DNA of 64,000 bases from an uncultured Prevotellaceae bacterium (GTDB lineage Bacteria; Bacteroidota; Bacteroidia; Bacteroidales; Bacteroidaceae): contig ONGG01000004.1 of assembly GCA_900317305.1 (NCBI GenBank), positions 40,983 to 104,982 on the forward strand, read 5' to 3'. Below are positions 49,397 to 59,333 of the stretch, one piece after another. A program made the position numbers and the translations under genes. The notes below the pieces were generated by a model. The model was not told the DNA's origin. It ran no database searches and saw only the letters and a list, made by a program, of their open reading frames with translations. The number at the start of each line of letters is the position of its first letter. Position 1 is the stretch's first letter.

Positions 49397-50806
49397 ATGA
49401 AGTATAGTCCAGCACAACTCTGGCAACAAAGCCTTCATCTCATTAAAGGCAATGTGACGGAGCAACAATATGAAACTTGGTTCAAGCCAATTGTCTTCGA
49501 GTCGTATTCACCGGCTACGATGACAATCCTGGTACAGGTACCTAGTCCTTTCGTATATGAGTATCTGGAGGAGAACTTCGTCGACTTGATTGGAAAGGCG
49601 CTGAAAAGATTTTTTGGGAATAACGTAAGGCTCACCTACAGGGTCATCACCGACAAGACTAATAATAAGGATATGGTGCTGCAGTCAGACAATGCGCAGG
49701 ACAATATCCAGCAGGTACAGCCAAGAGAGAAGGCCAACCAACCTTATAGTCTGCTCGACGCCGCCCAACTTCAACCCATCGACTCTCAACTCAACCCGCA
49801 ACAGACTTTCGAAAACTTCATCGAAGGCGACAGCAACAAACTGCCAAGGGCGGTGGGACTGTCTATTGCAGAGAATCCTTCCACCACTCAGTTCAACCCC
49901 ATGTTCGTCTTCGGACCTTCGGGCTGTGGAAAGACGCATCTCATCAATGCCATCGGAGTAAGGATAAAGAAACTCTATCCGCAGAAGAGGGTGCTGTATA
50001 TCAGTGCACGTCTGTTCCAGGTGCAGTTCACCAATGCCATCCGCTTCAACACCATCAACGACTTCATCAATTTCTACCAGACCATCGACGTGCTCATCGT
50101 CGATGACATACAGGAGTGGATGACCTCGCAGAAAACGCAAGATACGTTCTTCCATATCTTCGACCATCTTTTCCGCACAGGGAAGAGGGTTATCCTGGCC
50201 TGCGACCGCCCACCCGTCGACCTTCAGGGAATGAACGAGCGGCTCATTACCAGATTCAGTTGCGGACTCATCGCCGAACTCGAGCGGCCCGACGAGAAAC
50301 TTTGCCTCGATATCCTCAACGCAAAGATTCAGCACGACGGACTCAATATTCCCAGCGATGTGGTGGAGTATATCGCACAGACCGCCAACGGAAGTGTGAG
50401 AGACCTCGAGGGTGTGGTCAACTCGCTCATGGCCTATTCCATTGTCTATAATACCAGTATCGACATGCGACTGGCCGAGAGCCTGATCAAACGTTCGGTG
50501 AAGGTAGATAACAATCCGCTCACCATCGATGATATTCTCGAAAAAGTGTGTGCCCACTTCCATGTGGCTCCCGAGGATGTGAGCGGAAAGAGCAGGAAAC
50601 GCGACTTCGTTGTCGCCAGGCAGGTGTCGATGTACCTGGCCCAGAAGCATACCAAAATGCCGGCGTCAAGAATCGGAAAACTCATCGCCGGGCGCGACCA
50701 CTCCACGGTGCTCCATAGTTGCGAGAAGGTGGAGGAGAGGATGCGCACCGACCAGAAATTCCAAGACGATATCATCAGCATTGAGAATTCGTTCAAACTT
50801 AAATGA
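49397..50806 (+). CDS. dnaA: Chromosomal replication initiator DnaA
   Basis: TFENFIEGDSN, GPSGCGKTH (Walker A), LIVDDIQ (Walker B), SVRDLEG, GRDHSTVLHS. Confidence 0.98.
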   Translation: MKYSPAQLWQQSLHLIKGNVTEQQYETWFKPIVFESYSPATMTILVQVPSPFVYEYLEENFVDLIGKALKRFFGNNVRLTYRVITDKTNNKDMVLQSDNAQDNIQQVQPREKANQPYSLLDAAQLQPIDSQLNPQQTFENFIEGDSNKLPRAVGLSIAENPSTTQFNPMFVFGPSGCGKTHLINAIGVRIKKLYPQKRVLYISARLFQVQFTNAIRFNTINDFINFYQTIDVLIVDDIQEWMTSQKTQDTFFHIFDHLFRTGKRVILACDRPPVDLQGMNERLITRFSCGLIAELERPDEKLCLDILNAKIQHDGLNIPSDVVEYIAQTANGSVRDLEGVVNSLMAYSIVYNTSIDMRLAESLIKRSVKVDNNPLTIDDILEKVCAHFHVAPEDVSGKSRKRDFVVARQVSMYLAQKHTKMPASRIGKLIAGRDHSTVLHSCEKVEERMRTDQKFQDDIISIENSFKLK

Positions 50807-50827
50807 TAACTGACACTCTAACTTCTG

Positions 50828-50860
50828 AAAAGGGGGATGTAGCGATACATTCTCCTTTTT
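50828..50860 (+). terminator. Intrinsic terminator after dnaA
   Basis: aaaagggggatgta-GCGA-tacattctccttttt; GNRA loop with a U-run. Confidence 0.7.
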
Positions 50861-50920
50861 CGGTGATGATTTGTAATGCCATCGTGCTTCTCGTAGTCAG
50901 CCAGGTAAATTTTCTGATTC

Positions 50921-52096
50921 ATGAATAGGAAGAATGCGGCTATATCTGTATTGTTGTTGGTGAGTCTGGGACATCTGTTAAACGATATGTTCCAGGCCGT
51001 AATACCATCAATCTACCCGATGATCAAAGAATCGTTGGGACTGAGTTTCATGCAGATAGGTGCCATCACGCTCACCAATCAGATCACGTCGTCGCTTTTG
51101 CAGCCGGTAGTGGGCTATCTGTCCGACAAGCATCCTCGCCCCTACCGATTGGTCGTAGGCATGTGCTTCACGCTGACCGGACTGTTGCTGCTTTCCGCAG
51201 CAGGCAGTTTCCCGTTGGTGCTGCTGTCTGTCGCCTTTGTGGGTGTCGGTTCCTCGGTGCTTCATCCAGAGTCTTCAAAGGTGGCACGGTTGGCTTCGGG
51301 TGGTGCGAAAGGCATGGCGCAGTCCATATTCCAGATAGGAGGGAATGTCGGACGTGCGCTCGGACCTGTGGCCGTGGCGCTGATTGTAGTGCCTCACGGG
51401 CAAGGCAGCATCCGTTGGTTTGCCGTCCTCGCGTTGCTTGCCGTATGGGTATTGGCAAGAATCGGACGATGGTATAAGAGCCAGATTGAACAATATGTGG
51501 GTGGCAAGTCAAAATTCGATTTGGAGAATGAGAGCCACCTTACACGACGTCAGATCGTCGTCGCCCTGTTGGTGCTGTTGGTGCTGATGTTCTCCAAAGA
51601 CTTCTACACCGCCAATATACAGAACTACTTGACTTTTTATATGATCGACAAGTTCGGACTCAGCGTCACGGCGTCGCAATATGTGCTGTTCGCTTTCCTC
51701 GTTTCCACTGCAGTAGGCTTGCTGGTAGGTGGTGAGGTGGGCGACCGCTACGGACGGAAGTATGTCATCTGGGTGAGCATCCTTGGGTCATCGCCCTTCG
51801 CCCTTCTGCTCCCATATTGCAATCTTACCTGGACTATCGTTCTTGTCATTCTGGTAGGAATGGTGATGTCGTCGGCCATGTCGGCCATCCTTGTCTATGG
51901 CACCGAACTGCTCCCTGGCAATGTGGGCATGATTTCAGGGGCCTTCTTCGGATTGTCGTTCGGACTGGGTGGCATAGGCTCCGCGCTCTTTGGTTGGCTT
52001 GCTGATGTTTCCAGCATTCAGTATGTGTTCCAACTTACGGCTTTCCTTCCATTGCTTGGAATCGTGACCTATTTCCTGCCGAATATAAAAGAATAA
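50921..52096 (+). CDS. MFS transporter, fosmidomycin-resistance (Fsr)-like
   Basis: GHLLND, LQPVVGYLSD, SSVLHPESS, QIGGNVG, VGDRYGRK; about 12 TM helices. Confidence 0.85.
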   Translation: MNRKNAAISVLLLVSLGHLLNDMFQAVIPSIYPMIKESLGLSFMQIGAITLTNQITSSLLQPVVGYLSDKHPRPYRLVVGMCFTLTGLLLLSAAGSFPLVLLSVAFVGVGSSVLHPESSKVARLASGGAKGMAQSIFQIGGNVGRALGPVAVALIVVPHGQGSIRWFAVLALLAVWVLARIGRWYKSQIEQYVGGKSKFDLENESHLTRRQIVVALLVLLVLMFSKDFYTANIQNYLTFYMIDKFGLSVTASQYVLFAFLVSTAVGLLVGGEVGDRYGRKYVIWVSILGSSPFALLLPYCNLTWTIVLVILVGMVMSSAMSAILVYGTELLPGNVGMISGAFFGLSFGLGGIGSALFGWLADVSSIQYVFQLTAFLPLLGIVTYFLPNIKE

Positions 52097-52114
52097 ACGT
52101 ATCACGTTTGGGCA

Positions 52115-52302
52115 TAAAAAATATGCATCTGTTCTCACGAACAAATGCATACCTTATAACTTACTAAAATAAATTAACTCAAAGATGTCGACTCTCTCGA
52201 GGGGACTTGCCTCACAAATGTGAGGTTTAGCGAAAATTATTATTGTCTTTGTCTAAATCGCGTCAATTTTAAGGGTTGTTTTTACAACCATTCTCTTTTT
52301 TA
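52115..52302 (-). ncRNA. Candidate stand-alone small RNA (~190 nt)
   Basis: Full promoter upstream, hairpins at 52274-52289 and 52210-52225, a U-rich stretch, and a terminator at 52123-52150 followed by a U-tract; longest ORF noticed is 12 aa. Confidence 0.6.
52123..52150 (-). terminator. Intrinsic terminator (minus-strand polarity)
   Basis: Minus strand atgcatttgttc-gtga-gaacagatgcat followed by atttttt. Confidence 0.75.
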
Positions 52303-52307
52303 CGTCG

Positions 52308-52339
52308 CAAAGGTATAAAAATTGGCGCACTTTTGCAAA
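52308..52339 (-). promoter_or_regulatory. Full Bacteroidetes promoter TTTG-N20-TACCTTTG with no downstream protein gene
   Basis: -33 at 52336-52339, -7 at 52308-52315 on the minus strand. Confidence 0.72.
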
Positions 52340-52445
52340 TATTGTGCAACTTATTTTTTCTATTTCTGACATTTTGCTGTTGTGCTCGTGCACAGATGCG
52401 AACGCATCAACCAAACGATATAAAAATCGTACATTTCTTGCATTT

Positions 52446-53051
52446 TTATTGCAATTTTTGGTGCATCATTTTGCGCCATTTGACAAAACCGAGGATGGCA
52501 ATCACCACATACAAGCCATAAAGGCCGGCCTTGAAGGGGATGTCTTTGTATATGTAGAGTGCACAGGTCACCACGTCGACTGCTATCCAGATGAGCCATT
52601 GCTCAAGGTATTTCCGGGCAAGGGCCCACATGCCCACAAAACTCAGGGCGGTGGTGAAACTGTCGGCAATGGGGACCGACGAGTCGGTCTGGGTGGCGAG
52701 CAGCCACCAGATGATTCCCCAGATGGCTAGGGTGGCAATGGTCCAGGGCATGATGAGGCTACGCTTGAAATGCGTCACCGGCAGTTCTTTCTTGTCGGAT
52801 GCTGCACCGGCCTTGCCCTTGAGGAATTTCCAGTTCACGAAGCCATATACGGTCATGGCGATGTAGTAGAACTCCATGCCGCAGTCGGCATACAGTCCCT
52901 TGTCGTAGTAGAGCACGATGTCGAGTGCCTGCATCACGAATCCCACCAGCCACAGCCAGACGCTCGCCTTGTATTCCAGCAGGATGTAGGCGAGCCCCAG
53001 CAGTGTGGTGGCGATGTCGAGGAAATGGTCCTCAAGGAATGTGGTGTCCAT
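52446..53051 (-). CDS. pnuC: PnuC-family transporter (thiamine PnuT by context)
   Basis: YADCGMEFYY, DSFTTALS, ARKYLEQWLIWIAVD; downstream of the TPP riboswitch and TBDR. Confidence 0.9.
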   Translation of the reverse strand: MDTTFLEDHFLDIATTLLGLAYILLEYKASVWLWLVGFVMQALDIVLYYDKGLYADCGMEFYYIAMTVYGFVNWKFLKGKAGAASDKKELPVTHFKRSLIMPWTIATLAIWGIIWWLLATQTDSSVPIADSFTTALSFVGMWALARKYLEQWLIWIAVDVVTCALYIYKDIPFKAGLYGLYVVIAILGFVKWRKMMHQKLQ

Positions 53052-53057
53052 AGCGGC

Positions 53058-55436
53058 CTACCATCTAAGGGTGACATTGGCCATACTGGTGAAGCCGGCC
53101 ATGGGGATGAAGCCTATCTGGTAGTAGCGGTTGTCGTTGCCATGGCCGTAGCTCTCGCAGATGGCGGAGTAGACCCAGCCGCTGCCAGCATAACGGCGGT
53201 TGAACACATTGTTGAAGTTCAGGCCGATGGTCACTTCTTTCAAGCCAATGGCCTTGCTTACCTTCGACGTGTAGCTCAGGTTTAGGCTCGAGGTGCTGTA
53301 GCAGGGCAGCGAGCGGTCGTTGTTCTCGGTGTTGTCGAGATACTGGCGGCTCACGAAGTTGGTGTGCCATACGGCCTGGAACCCTTTCTTGTGCAGGGTG
53401 ATGAATCCGTTGAGGATGGCCGAGGGCGAGAAGGCGAGGGTAGAGTTGTCGTAGTGTATCGTCTGGCTGCCATTGTCCCAGTCTTCCACCACCTCGTCGA
53501 AGTCCTTGACCTTGTTCTTGCTTAGGGCAGCGTTGCCCTCGATGCTCAGCCATGAGGTGGGGGCGTAGCCGGCACTCAATTCCACACCCATGCGGTAGGA
53601 GTCCTTGATGTTCGTGGTCAGGTTCTCGCCGATGTCGCTCACCTCTCCGGTCTGCACAAACTGGTCGGTATAGTCCATATAGTAAAGGTTGAGGCCGGCA
53701 TGCCAGCGCTCGCCGGTATAACTGTAGCCTGCCTCGAAGTCGAGCAGTTTCTCTGCTTTGGGGGCAGGGTAGCTGCCATTGTCGGTGAAGTTGTTGCGCT
53801 CCGGTTCCCTGTTGCTCGTGGCCACCGAGAAATAGGCATGGTGGTTGTCGGTCTTGTAGCTCACGCCGCCCTTCAGGTTAACGAAGTCATAGGTCTTGTC
53901 GATGTCGAGACGCTGGTTGGTGTAGGTGCCGTCCTCATTCTCGTAGAATTTGTCGTTGATGCCGTCGGTGGTGTAACCCACATGGCGGTATTGGGCGTCA
54001 CCAAAAAGGCTGAGGTAGGGGGTGATCTTGAACGCTGCCTTCACGTAGCCGCTATAGTCGTTTTTCTCGGCGTCCGAATCATAATAGGTGTATTTGCCAC
54101 CCGAGAGCAACTTGCGGCTCAGTTCGGGATGGGCGATGTAGGTGAGGTGGCCGAAGTGGTTGCCCTTGAAGCGCTGCAGCGACGTGCCGCCCATGACGTC
54201 CCACCGGTCGGCGGTGTAGTTGGCGTTCCACACCAGACCGTAGGTGTCTTGCTCCAGGCCTTTCTTGCGGATGAAGTCGGTGCGTTTCACGGTCTTCCCA
54301 TCGCTGGCAGTGAAGTTGGCCAGTCCGAATTTCTTCAGTTTGTTGTTGTATCTGAACTCATTATAGTAGCCGTAGCCATGGGTGTAGTGCAGCGAGGCCG
54401 TCGTATTCAGGTGTTGGCTCACCTCCCAGGTGAACGAGAGGAAGTTGTGGCTCTGCCAGAAATTGTCGGTGGCCTGGCGCCAAAGGCTGCCGTCGGCCAG
54501 GCGGTAGCGCTCGGTCAGGTAGTGGCCATCGGCATTGCGGGCGAAGTCGCCGTCGGCGTTGTAGACCATGGTCTCATAGAGGGTGTTGTATTTCCCCAGT
54601 CCGGCCTCATACATGTCCTTGTAGGTGCGGATGCCGGTCTTGGCGCCATAGGTGCCGTCCATAATCGAGAGGTCGTTGTCGCCGGCCGTCACGCCATTCC
54701 ATGCCTGGCCGGTCTTCTCGAAGTTGCCGAAGTTCTTGTATTGGATGCTGAACTTGTCAGTCAGGTAGCGCAGGCCCCCGAAATAACTGCCCGAACGGCC
54801 ACCCGTGCCATGGATATAGCCGTCGGTATTGGTCTCGTGGTAGGCGCCTTCTATCACCATATGGTTCCACAGCACACCCGTGCTGAAACTGCCACCCACG
54901 TTGTAGGTGTTGTACGACCCGTAACTGGCACTCAGTTCGGCAGACGGGGTGAGCGAAGCCGCTTTCGACGATAGCGAGATGCTGCCGCCAAAGGCACCGT
55001 CGCCGTTAGTCGACGAGCCTACGCCTCGTTGTATCTGCACGTTGCCCAGCAGCGAGGAGTAACTGTTCATGTTGGCCCAGAACACGCATTGGTCCTCGGG
55101 CGAGTTGAGGGGCACACCGTCGAGAGTCACGTTGATGCGCGAGTCTCCGGCACCGCGGATGCGCATGTAGGTGGTTCCGGTGCCCAGGCCGTTCTCGCTC
55201 CAAGCCAGCACGCCTGGGGTTTGGGTGAAGAGGAAAGGCAGTTCCTTGCCGGTCTTCGAGAATTCCTGCAGTTGGGCTTTCTTGATTTGCGACGTGGCGT
55301 ATGGAGCCCCTTGCTGGCCGCGCACGCCTTTCACCACTACTTCGGTGAGTTCCTCCAGACGCAATGAGTCGGGAGTCTGTGCCATCATGGGTGCCGTCAT
55401 CGACAGTATGGCACAAGTGAAAACGAATCTTTTCAT
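53058..55436 (-). CDS. TonB-dependent receptor, thiamine uptake by context
   Basis: LTEVVVKG, RIRGAG..RINVTLDGVPLN, VQIQRGVGSSTNGDGAFGG; C-terminal W; controlled by a TPP riboswitch. Confidence 0.9.
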   Translation of the reverse strand: MKRFVFTCAILSMTAPMMAQTPDSLRLEELTEVVVKGVRGQQGAPYATSQIKKAQLQEFSKTGKELPFLFTQTPGVLAWSENGLGTGTTYMRIRGAGDSRINVTLDGVPLNSPEDQCVFWANMNSYSSLLGNVQIQRGVGSSTNGDGAFGGSISLSSKAASLTPSAELSASYGSYNTYNVGGSFSTGVLWNHMVIEGAYHETNTDGYIHGTGGRSGSYFGGLRYLTDKFSIQYKNFGNFEKTGQAWNGVTAGDNDLSIMDGTYGAKTGIRTYKDMYEAGLGKYNTLYETMVYNADGDFARNADGHYLTERYRLADGSLWRQATDNFWQSHNFLSFTWEVSQHLNTTASLHYTHGYGYYNEFRYNNKLKKFGLANFTASDGKTVKRTDFIRKKGLEQDTYGLVWNANYTADRWDVMGGTSLQRFKGNHFGHLTYIAHPELSRKLLSGGKYTYYDSDAEKNDYSGYVKAAFKITPYLSLFGDAQYRHVGYTTDGINDKFYENEDGTYTNQRLDIDKTYDFVNLKGGVSYKTDNHHAYFSVATSNREPERNNFTDNGSYPAPKAEKLLDFEAGYSYTGERWHAGLNLYYMDYTDQFVQTGEVSDIGENLTTNIKDSYRMGVELSAGYAPTSWLSIEGNAALSKNKVKDFDEVVEDWDNGSQTIHYDNSTLAFSPSAILNGFITLHKKGFQAVWHTNFVSRQYLDNTENNDRSLPCYSTSSLNLSYTSKVSKAIGLKEVTIGLNFNNVFNRRYAGSGWVYSAICESYGHGNDNRYYQIGFIPMAGFTSMANVTLRW

Positions 55437-55481
55437 TTTACCTTATATAAAATATACGATAAGGGGAGAGGAGAAGATAAG

Positions 55482-55553
55482 TATCCCTACGCCGGCATTA
55501 TCCGGATCAGGTATGAGGGTATGATCTCAGCCCGAAACATCGGGCACCCCTTA
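55482..55553 (-). promoter_or_regulatory. TPP riboswitch aptamer
   Basis: Minus strand AAGGGGTGCCCGATGTTTCGGGCTGAGATCATACCCTCATACCTGATCCGGATAATGCCGGCGTAGGGAT contains the CTGAGA, TACCC, ACCTGA and GATAAT-GCGTAGG hallmarks; -7 box TAATTTTG at 55576-55583. Confidence 0.96.
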
Positions 55554-55650
55554 GCCTACATTCTGTAGGCCGCTGCAAAATTACGTTTTTTTTCGCGAAT
55601 ACAAGCATCCTTGGCCTTTTTTTCGCGTTTTCGGGCCTTCAAAGAAAAAA

Positions 55651-55685
55651 ATCGCCCATCCGTTCAGAATACACGGATGGGCGAT
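55651..55685 (-). terminator. Intrinsic terminator of the GH94 gene
   Basis: Perfect 13-bp stem atcgcccatccgt / acggatgggcgat with a minus-strand U-tract. Confidence 0.8.
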
Positions 55686-55712
55686 AAATTCGTCGGATGG
55701 TCGTGCCAGGGA

Positions 55713-58160
55713 CTATTCGCCCATGACAACGGTCACCTCGTGGCTGCCGGGAGTATAATGAATCACGTTGCCCTCGATGAGCGCGCCGTCAACCTCTACG
55801 CTGGCCACACCCTTGCTCACCCCCTGTGGGTTGCTGATGCGGATGCGGTACTCGGCGTCGCGGAACTTGCGCTTCACCGAATATTCCTGAGCGGTGCTGG
55901 GCAGACAGGGGTCGATGAGCAGACCGTCGTAGTCGGGCTTGATGCCAAGGATATACTGACTCACGGTGAGCCACATCCATGCGGCCGTTCCGGTGAGCCA
56001 ACTGTTCTTGCCCTCACCCGGACGCGCGGCATCCTTGCCGGCCACCATCTGGCAGTTCACATAAGGCTCCACCTTGTGCAGCGTACTATATTTCTCCTCC
56101 ACATAGCTGGGCAGAATCTTGCGGTAGTGACTCCAAGCGTCGTCGCCACGGCCAGCGAGGGTCTCGCCGATAATCACCCAGGGGTTGTTGTGGCAGAAGA
56201 TGCCGGCATTCTCCTTATAGCCTTCAGGATAGCTGCTGATCTCGCCATACTCGTAGACATACTTCGTGAAGGCGGGGTTGTTGAGCACGATGCCATGCTC
56301 ACACTCCAGGTATTTCTTCACCGAGTCGAGCGACTTCGTCACCATGCCTTCCTCAGCACCAATGCCGGCCATCGTGCACCATCCCTGACTCTCGATGAAG
56401 ATCTTGGCCTCGTCGTTCTCCTTCGAGCCAATCTTCCTGCCGTAGAAATCGTAGGCGCGCAAATACCACTCGCCGTCCCAGCCGTCGCGTTTCACGGCTT
56501 CCACCATCTCGTCCACGTGCTTCTGGGCACGGGCAGCCTCGGCTTCATTGCCCACACGGCGGCAAAGGGCCACATACTCGTTGCCGGTCACCACGAACAG
56601 TCCGGCTATCATCAGACTCTCGGCCTTCGAACCCTCGGTCTTGTTTTCTGTGGTTTGGAACGACTCGTTGGGGTCCCAGGAGAAGCAGTTCAGGTTCAGA
56701 CAGTCGTTCCAGTCGGCACGTCCGATAAGGGGCAGTTTATGCGGACCCAGGTTCTCCACCACATGGTCGAACGATACGCGCAGGTGCTCCATCAGCGACA
56801 CCTCGCTGCCAGGCTGGTTGTCGAAGGGCACAGGCTCGTCGAGGATGCTGAAGTCGCCAGTCTCCTTGATGTAGGCCACTGTTCCAAAGATGAGCCAACA
56901 GGGGTCGTCGTTGAAGCCGCCGCCGATGTCGTTGTTGCCTCGCTTCGTCAGGGGTTGGTATTGGTGATAGCAGCCACCGTCGGCAAACTGGGTCGAGGCG
57001 ATGTCGATGATGCGTTGGCGGGCACGCTCGGGTATCTGGTGCACAAAGCCCACAAGGTCTTGGTTGGAGTCGCGGAAGCCCATGCCACGGCCGATGCCAC
57101 TCTCGAAGAACGAGGCCGAGCGCGACATGTTGAAGGTCACCATGCACTGGTATTGGTTCCAGATGTTCACCATGCGGTCCAACTTGTCGTTGCCGGTGTC
57201 CACCACATAGATGTCGAGCAGGGCGTCCCAGTAGGCTTTCAGTTCGGCAAAGGCGGCATCCACCTTCTCAGTGGTGTCGAAGCGGGCGATGGTCTCCAGG
57301 GCCTTGGCCTTGTTGATGACCTGAGGGGCGATGAATTTCTCGTCTTGGGCGTTCTCCACATATCCCAGCACGAACACCAGGTCGCGCTGCTCGCCGGGAG
57401 CGAGGGTCACCTCGATATAGTGCGAGGCAATGGGACTCCACCCGTGGGCGTGACTGTTGCGTGGGCGGCCCTCCATCACGGCGTCGGGACAGTCGAATCC
57501 GTTGTAGAGACCCACGAAGGTCTCTCGGTCGGTGTCGAAACCATCGATGGCGGTGTTCACACTGTAGTAGGCATAGTGGTTGCGGCGCTCGCGGTATTCG
57601 GTCTTGTGGTAGATCACCGAACCTTCTATTTCCACCTCACCGGTAGAGAAGTTGCGCTGGAAATTCTCCATGTCGGTGGCGGCGTTCCACAGACACCACT
57701 CCTCCAGCGAGAAGAGTTTCAGTGTGCGGGGGGCATTGGTGGTGTTGGTGAGCGTCAGTTTCTGCACCTCGCACCAGCTCTTCAGTGGAACGAAGAACAG
57801 CACGCTGGCCTCTATCCCGTCCTTGGCCGAGGTGATGCGGGTGTAGCTCATACCATGACGGCACTCATAGTGGTCGAGTGGGGTCTTGCAGGGTTTCCAT
57901 CCGGGATTCCAAACGGTGTCGCCGTCTTTGATGTAGAAGTAGCGGCCACCGTTGTCCATCGGCACATTGTTGTAACGGTAACGGGTCAGACGACGGAACT
58001 TGGCATCCTTGTAGAACGAATAGCCGCCTGCGGTATTCGAGATCAATGAGAAGAAGTCCTCATTGCCCAGATAGTTGATCCAGGGCCATGGGGTCTGAGG
58101 GTCGGTGATGACATACTCGCGGTGCTCGTCATCGAAATGTCCGTATTTCTTGTTTTCCAT
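55713..58160 (-). CDS. cbp: GH94 cellobiose phosphorylase
   Basis: [50 protein letters not shown] (catalytic Asp), [21 protein letters not shown]; 815 aa; no signal peptide. Confidence 0.9.
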   Translation of the reverse strand: MENKKYGHFDDEHREYVITDPQTPWPWINYLGNEDFFSLISNTAGGYSFYKDAKFRRLTRYRYNNVPMDNGGRYFYIKDGDTVWNPGWKPCKTPLDHYECRHGMSYTRITSAKDGIEASVLFFVPLKSWCEVQKLTLTNTTNAPRTLKLFSLEEWCLWNAATDMENFQRNFSTGEVEIEGSVIYHKTEYRERRNHYAYYSVNTAIDGFDTDRETFVGLYNGFDCPDAVMEGRPRNSHAHGWSPIASHYIEVTLAPGEQRDLVFVLGYVENAQDEKFIAPQVINKAKALETIARFDTTEKVDAAFAELKAYWDALLDIYVVDTGNDKLDRMVNIWNQYQCMVTFNMSRSASFFESGIGRGMGFRDSNQDLVGFVHQIPERARQRIIDIASTQFADGGCYHQYQPLTKRGNNDIGGGFNDDPCWLIFGTVAYIKETGDFSILDEPVPFDNQPGSEVSLMEHLRVSFDHVVENLGPHKLPLIGRADWNDCLNLNCFSWDPNESFQTTENKTEGSKAESLMIAGLFVVTGNEYVALCRRVGNEAEAARAQKHVDEMVEAVKRDGWDGEWYLRAYDFYGRKIGSKENDEAKIFIESQGWCTMAGIGAEEGMVTKSLDSVKKYLECEHGIVLNNPAFTKYVYEYGEISSYPEGYKENAGIFCHNNPWVIIGETLAGRGDDAWSHYRKILPSYVEEKYSTLHKVEPYVNCQMVAGKDAARPGEGKNSWLTGTAAWMWLTVSQYILGIKPDYDGLLIDPCLPSTAQEYSVKRKFRDAEYRIRISNPQGVSKGVASVEVDGALIEGNVIHYTPGSHEVTVVMGE

Positions 58161-58224
58161 TTTTTTATATAAGGTATTGAAATATCGCTTTCGCGCTTCT
58201 TCTATAGTTCAGGAGTGAAAAGGG

Positions 58225-58956
58225 TTATTTGGAGATTTTCTTGCCTTTGGGGTCAAACCTGAACGAACTGCCGTCGAAGTGGATCTTGTAGGAGAGCGAG
58301 TCCTTTGCGTCGGTATACTCCAGCATCTCGATGTTGTTGCCCTCTACGGGGAACACCATGGTCAGCTGACCGTAGATACAGTCCATTGCCTTGGCCACTT
58401 TCTGTGCCACATTGGGATTGGGCACCAGCTCGCGCTTCGAGGGGTCGAAGTCGAAGAAGGCTACCACACGCTCAGGACGGTTGGGGGCTTCCACAAACTG
58501 CTCCATCAGCACGCCAAGCATCTTGTGGCCGTCCTGACAGGTCCACACCTTGCCCGTGGTGGCTGAGCTCAGTTCGGCGGTGGTGGCCACTTTCATAAAG
58601 TCTGCTCCGACAGGGGCGTCTACGGTGAAGCTGTCTTTCTCGGCATTGAAGCCTTGCTCGTCGAGCAGGTAGCGCATCATCTTGCGGTTGCCTTTGAAGT
58701 CAAGATAATTCTTGCAGAAAGCCCGCATCAGGGTCTTCACATTCACGTCACCGGCACTCACGGGGATGACCATTCCCGACCAGGTCGACGACATCAGGTC
58801 CAGTCCCGATTCTTGAATGGTGTCGCAACGGGCCTCCTCGGCTTGCAGCTGCTCCATCGTGAAGTCATCGGCAGGAGCGTCTACTTTCTTGTCTGTACAT
58901 GCGGTGAATGCCATCGCGGCAGTGGCGATGACACCAAGTAACAATGCTTTTTTCAT
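58225..58956 (-). CDS. Hypothetical lipoprotein
   Basis: MKKALLLGVIATAAMAFTAC lipobox from ATG 58956; full promoter TTTG-N20-TATTTTTG at 59024-59055. Confidence 0.7.
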   Translation of the reverse strand: MKKALLLGVIATAAMAFTACTDKKVDAPADDFTMEQLQAEEARCDTIQESGLDLMSSTWSGMVIPVSAGDVNVKTLMRAFCKNYLDFKGNRKMMRYLLDEQGFNAEKDSFTVDAPVGADFMKVATTAELSSATTGKVWTCQDGHKMLGVLMEQFVEAPNRPERVVAFFDFDPSKRELVPNPNVAQKVAKAMDCIYGQLTMVFPVEGNNIEMLEYTDAKDSLSYKIHFDGSSFRFDPKGKKISK

Positions 58957-59271
58957 AAACGTTGGTTGGTTTTGTAAATAATTATGGTTTTGTATTGTTT
59001 TTGTTTCTGGGTTGAACAGAAAGCAAAAATACAAATAATTGACATCTGCCACAAAAAATCGATTATTAATTATGTTTTTTTATACAATCATTTTGCTTTC
59101 TGTCGGGTTTGTGATGCCTTTGCCCAAGGCGCATGTTCCTCCGAGGGGCACTGCGTATGTCTTCGTAGTGTGCCTGGTCTGACTTCTCGCCCCAGCTGGG
59201 CCGAGAATACCAGTGCTGAATGTCTGGCATATCGATGCTGCGGTTTCGAGGAAAAATAATCGAAGATTTAT

Positions 59272-59302
59272 TTTGCAACGTGTGGTGCTTTGATTATCTT
59301 TG
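59272..59302 (+). promoter_or_regulatory. Full Bacteroidetes promoter TTTG-N19-TATCTTTG for glnA
   Basis: -33 at 59272-59275, -7 at 59295-59302; supports the ATG 59334 start. Confidence 0.7.
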
Positions 59303-59333
59303 CAAAAGATTTAACTTCAACCTAATTCGCACT

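Noticed and set aside
59100-59333. Glutamine (glnA) riboswitch
   Set aside because: The structured patch lies upstream of the predicted glnA promoter, so it is not in the leader, and I did not recognise the motif consensus.
7907-59333. Upstream-extended starts in the ORF track (7939, 8047, 11212, 11802, 19960, 43008, 46059, 59052, 59220)
   Set aside because: The extensions run through promoter boxes or AT-rich spacer and lie before clear signal peptides or conserved N-termini, so downstream ATGs were used.
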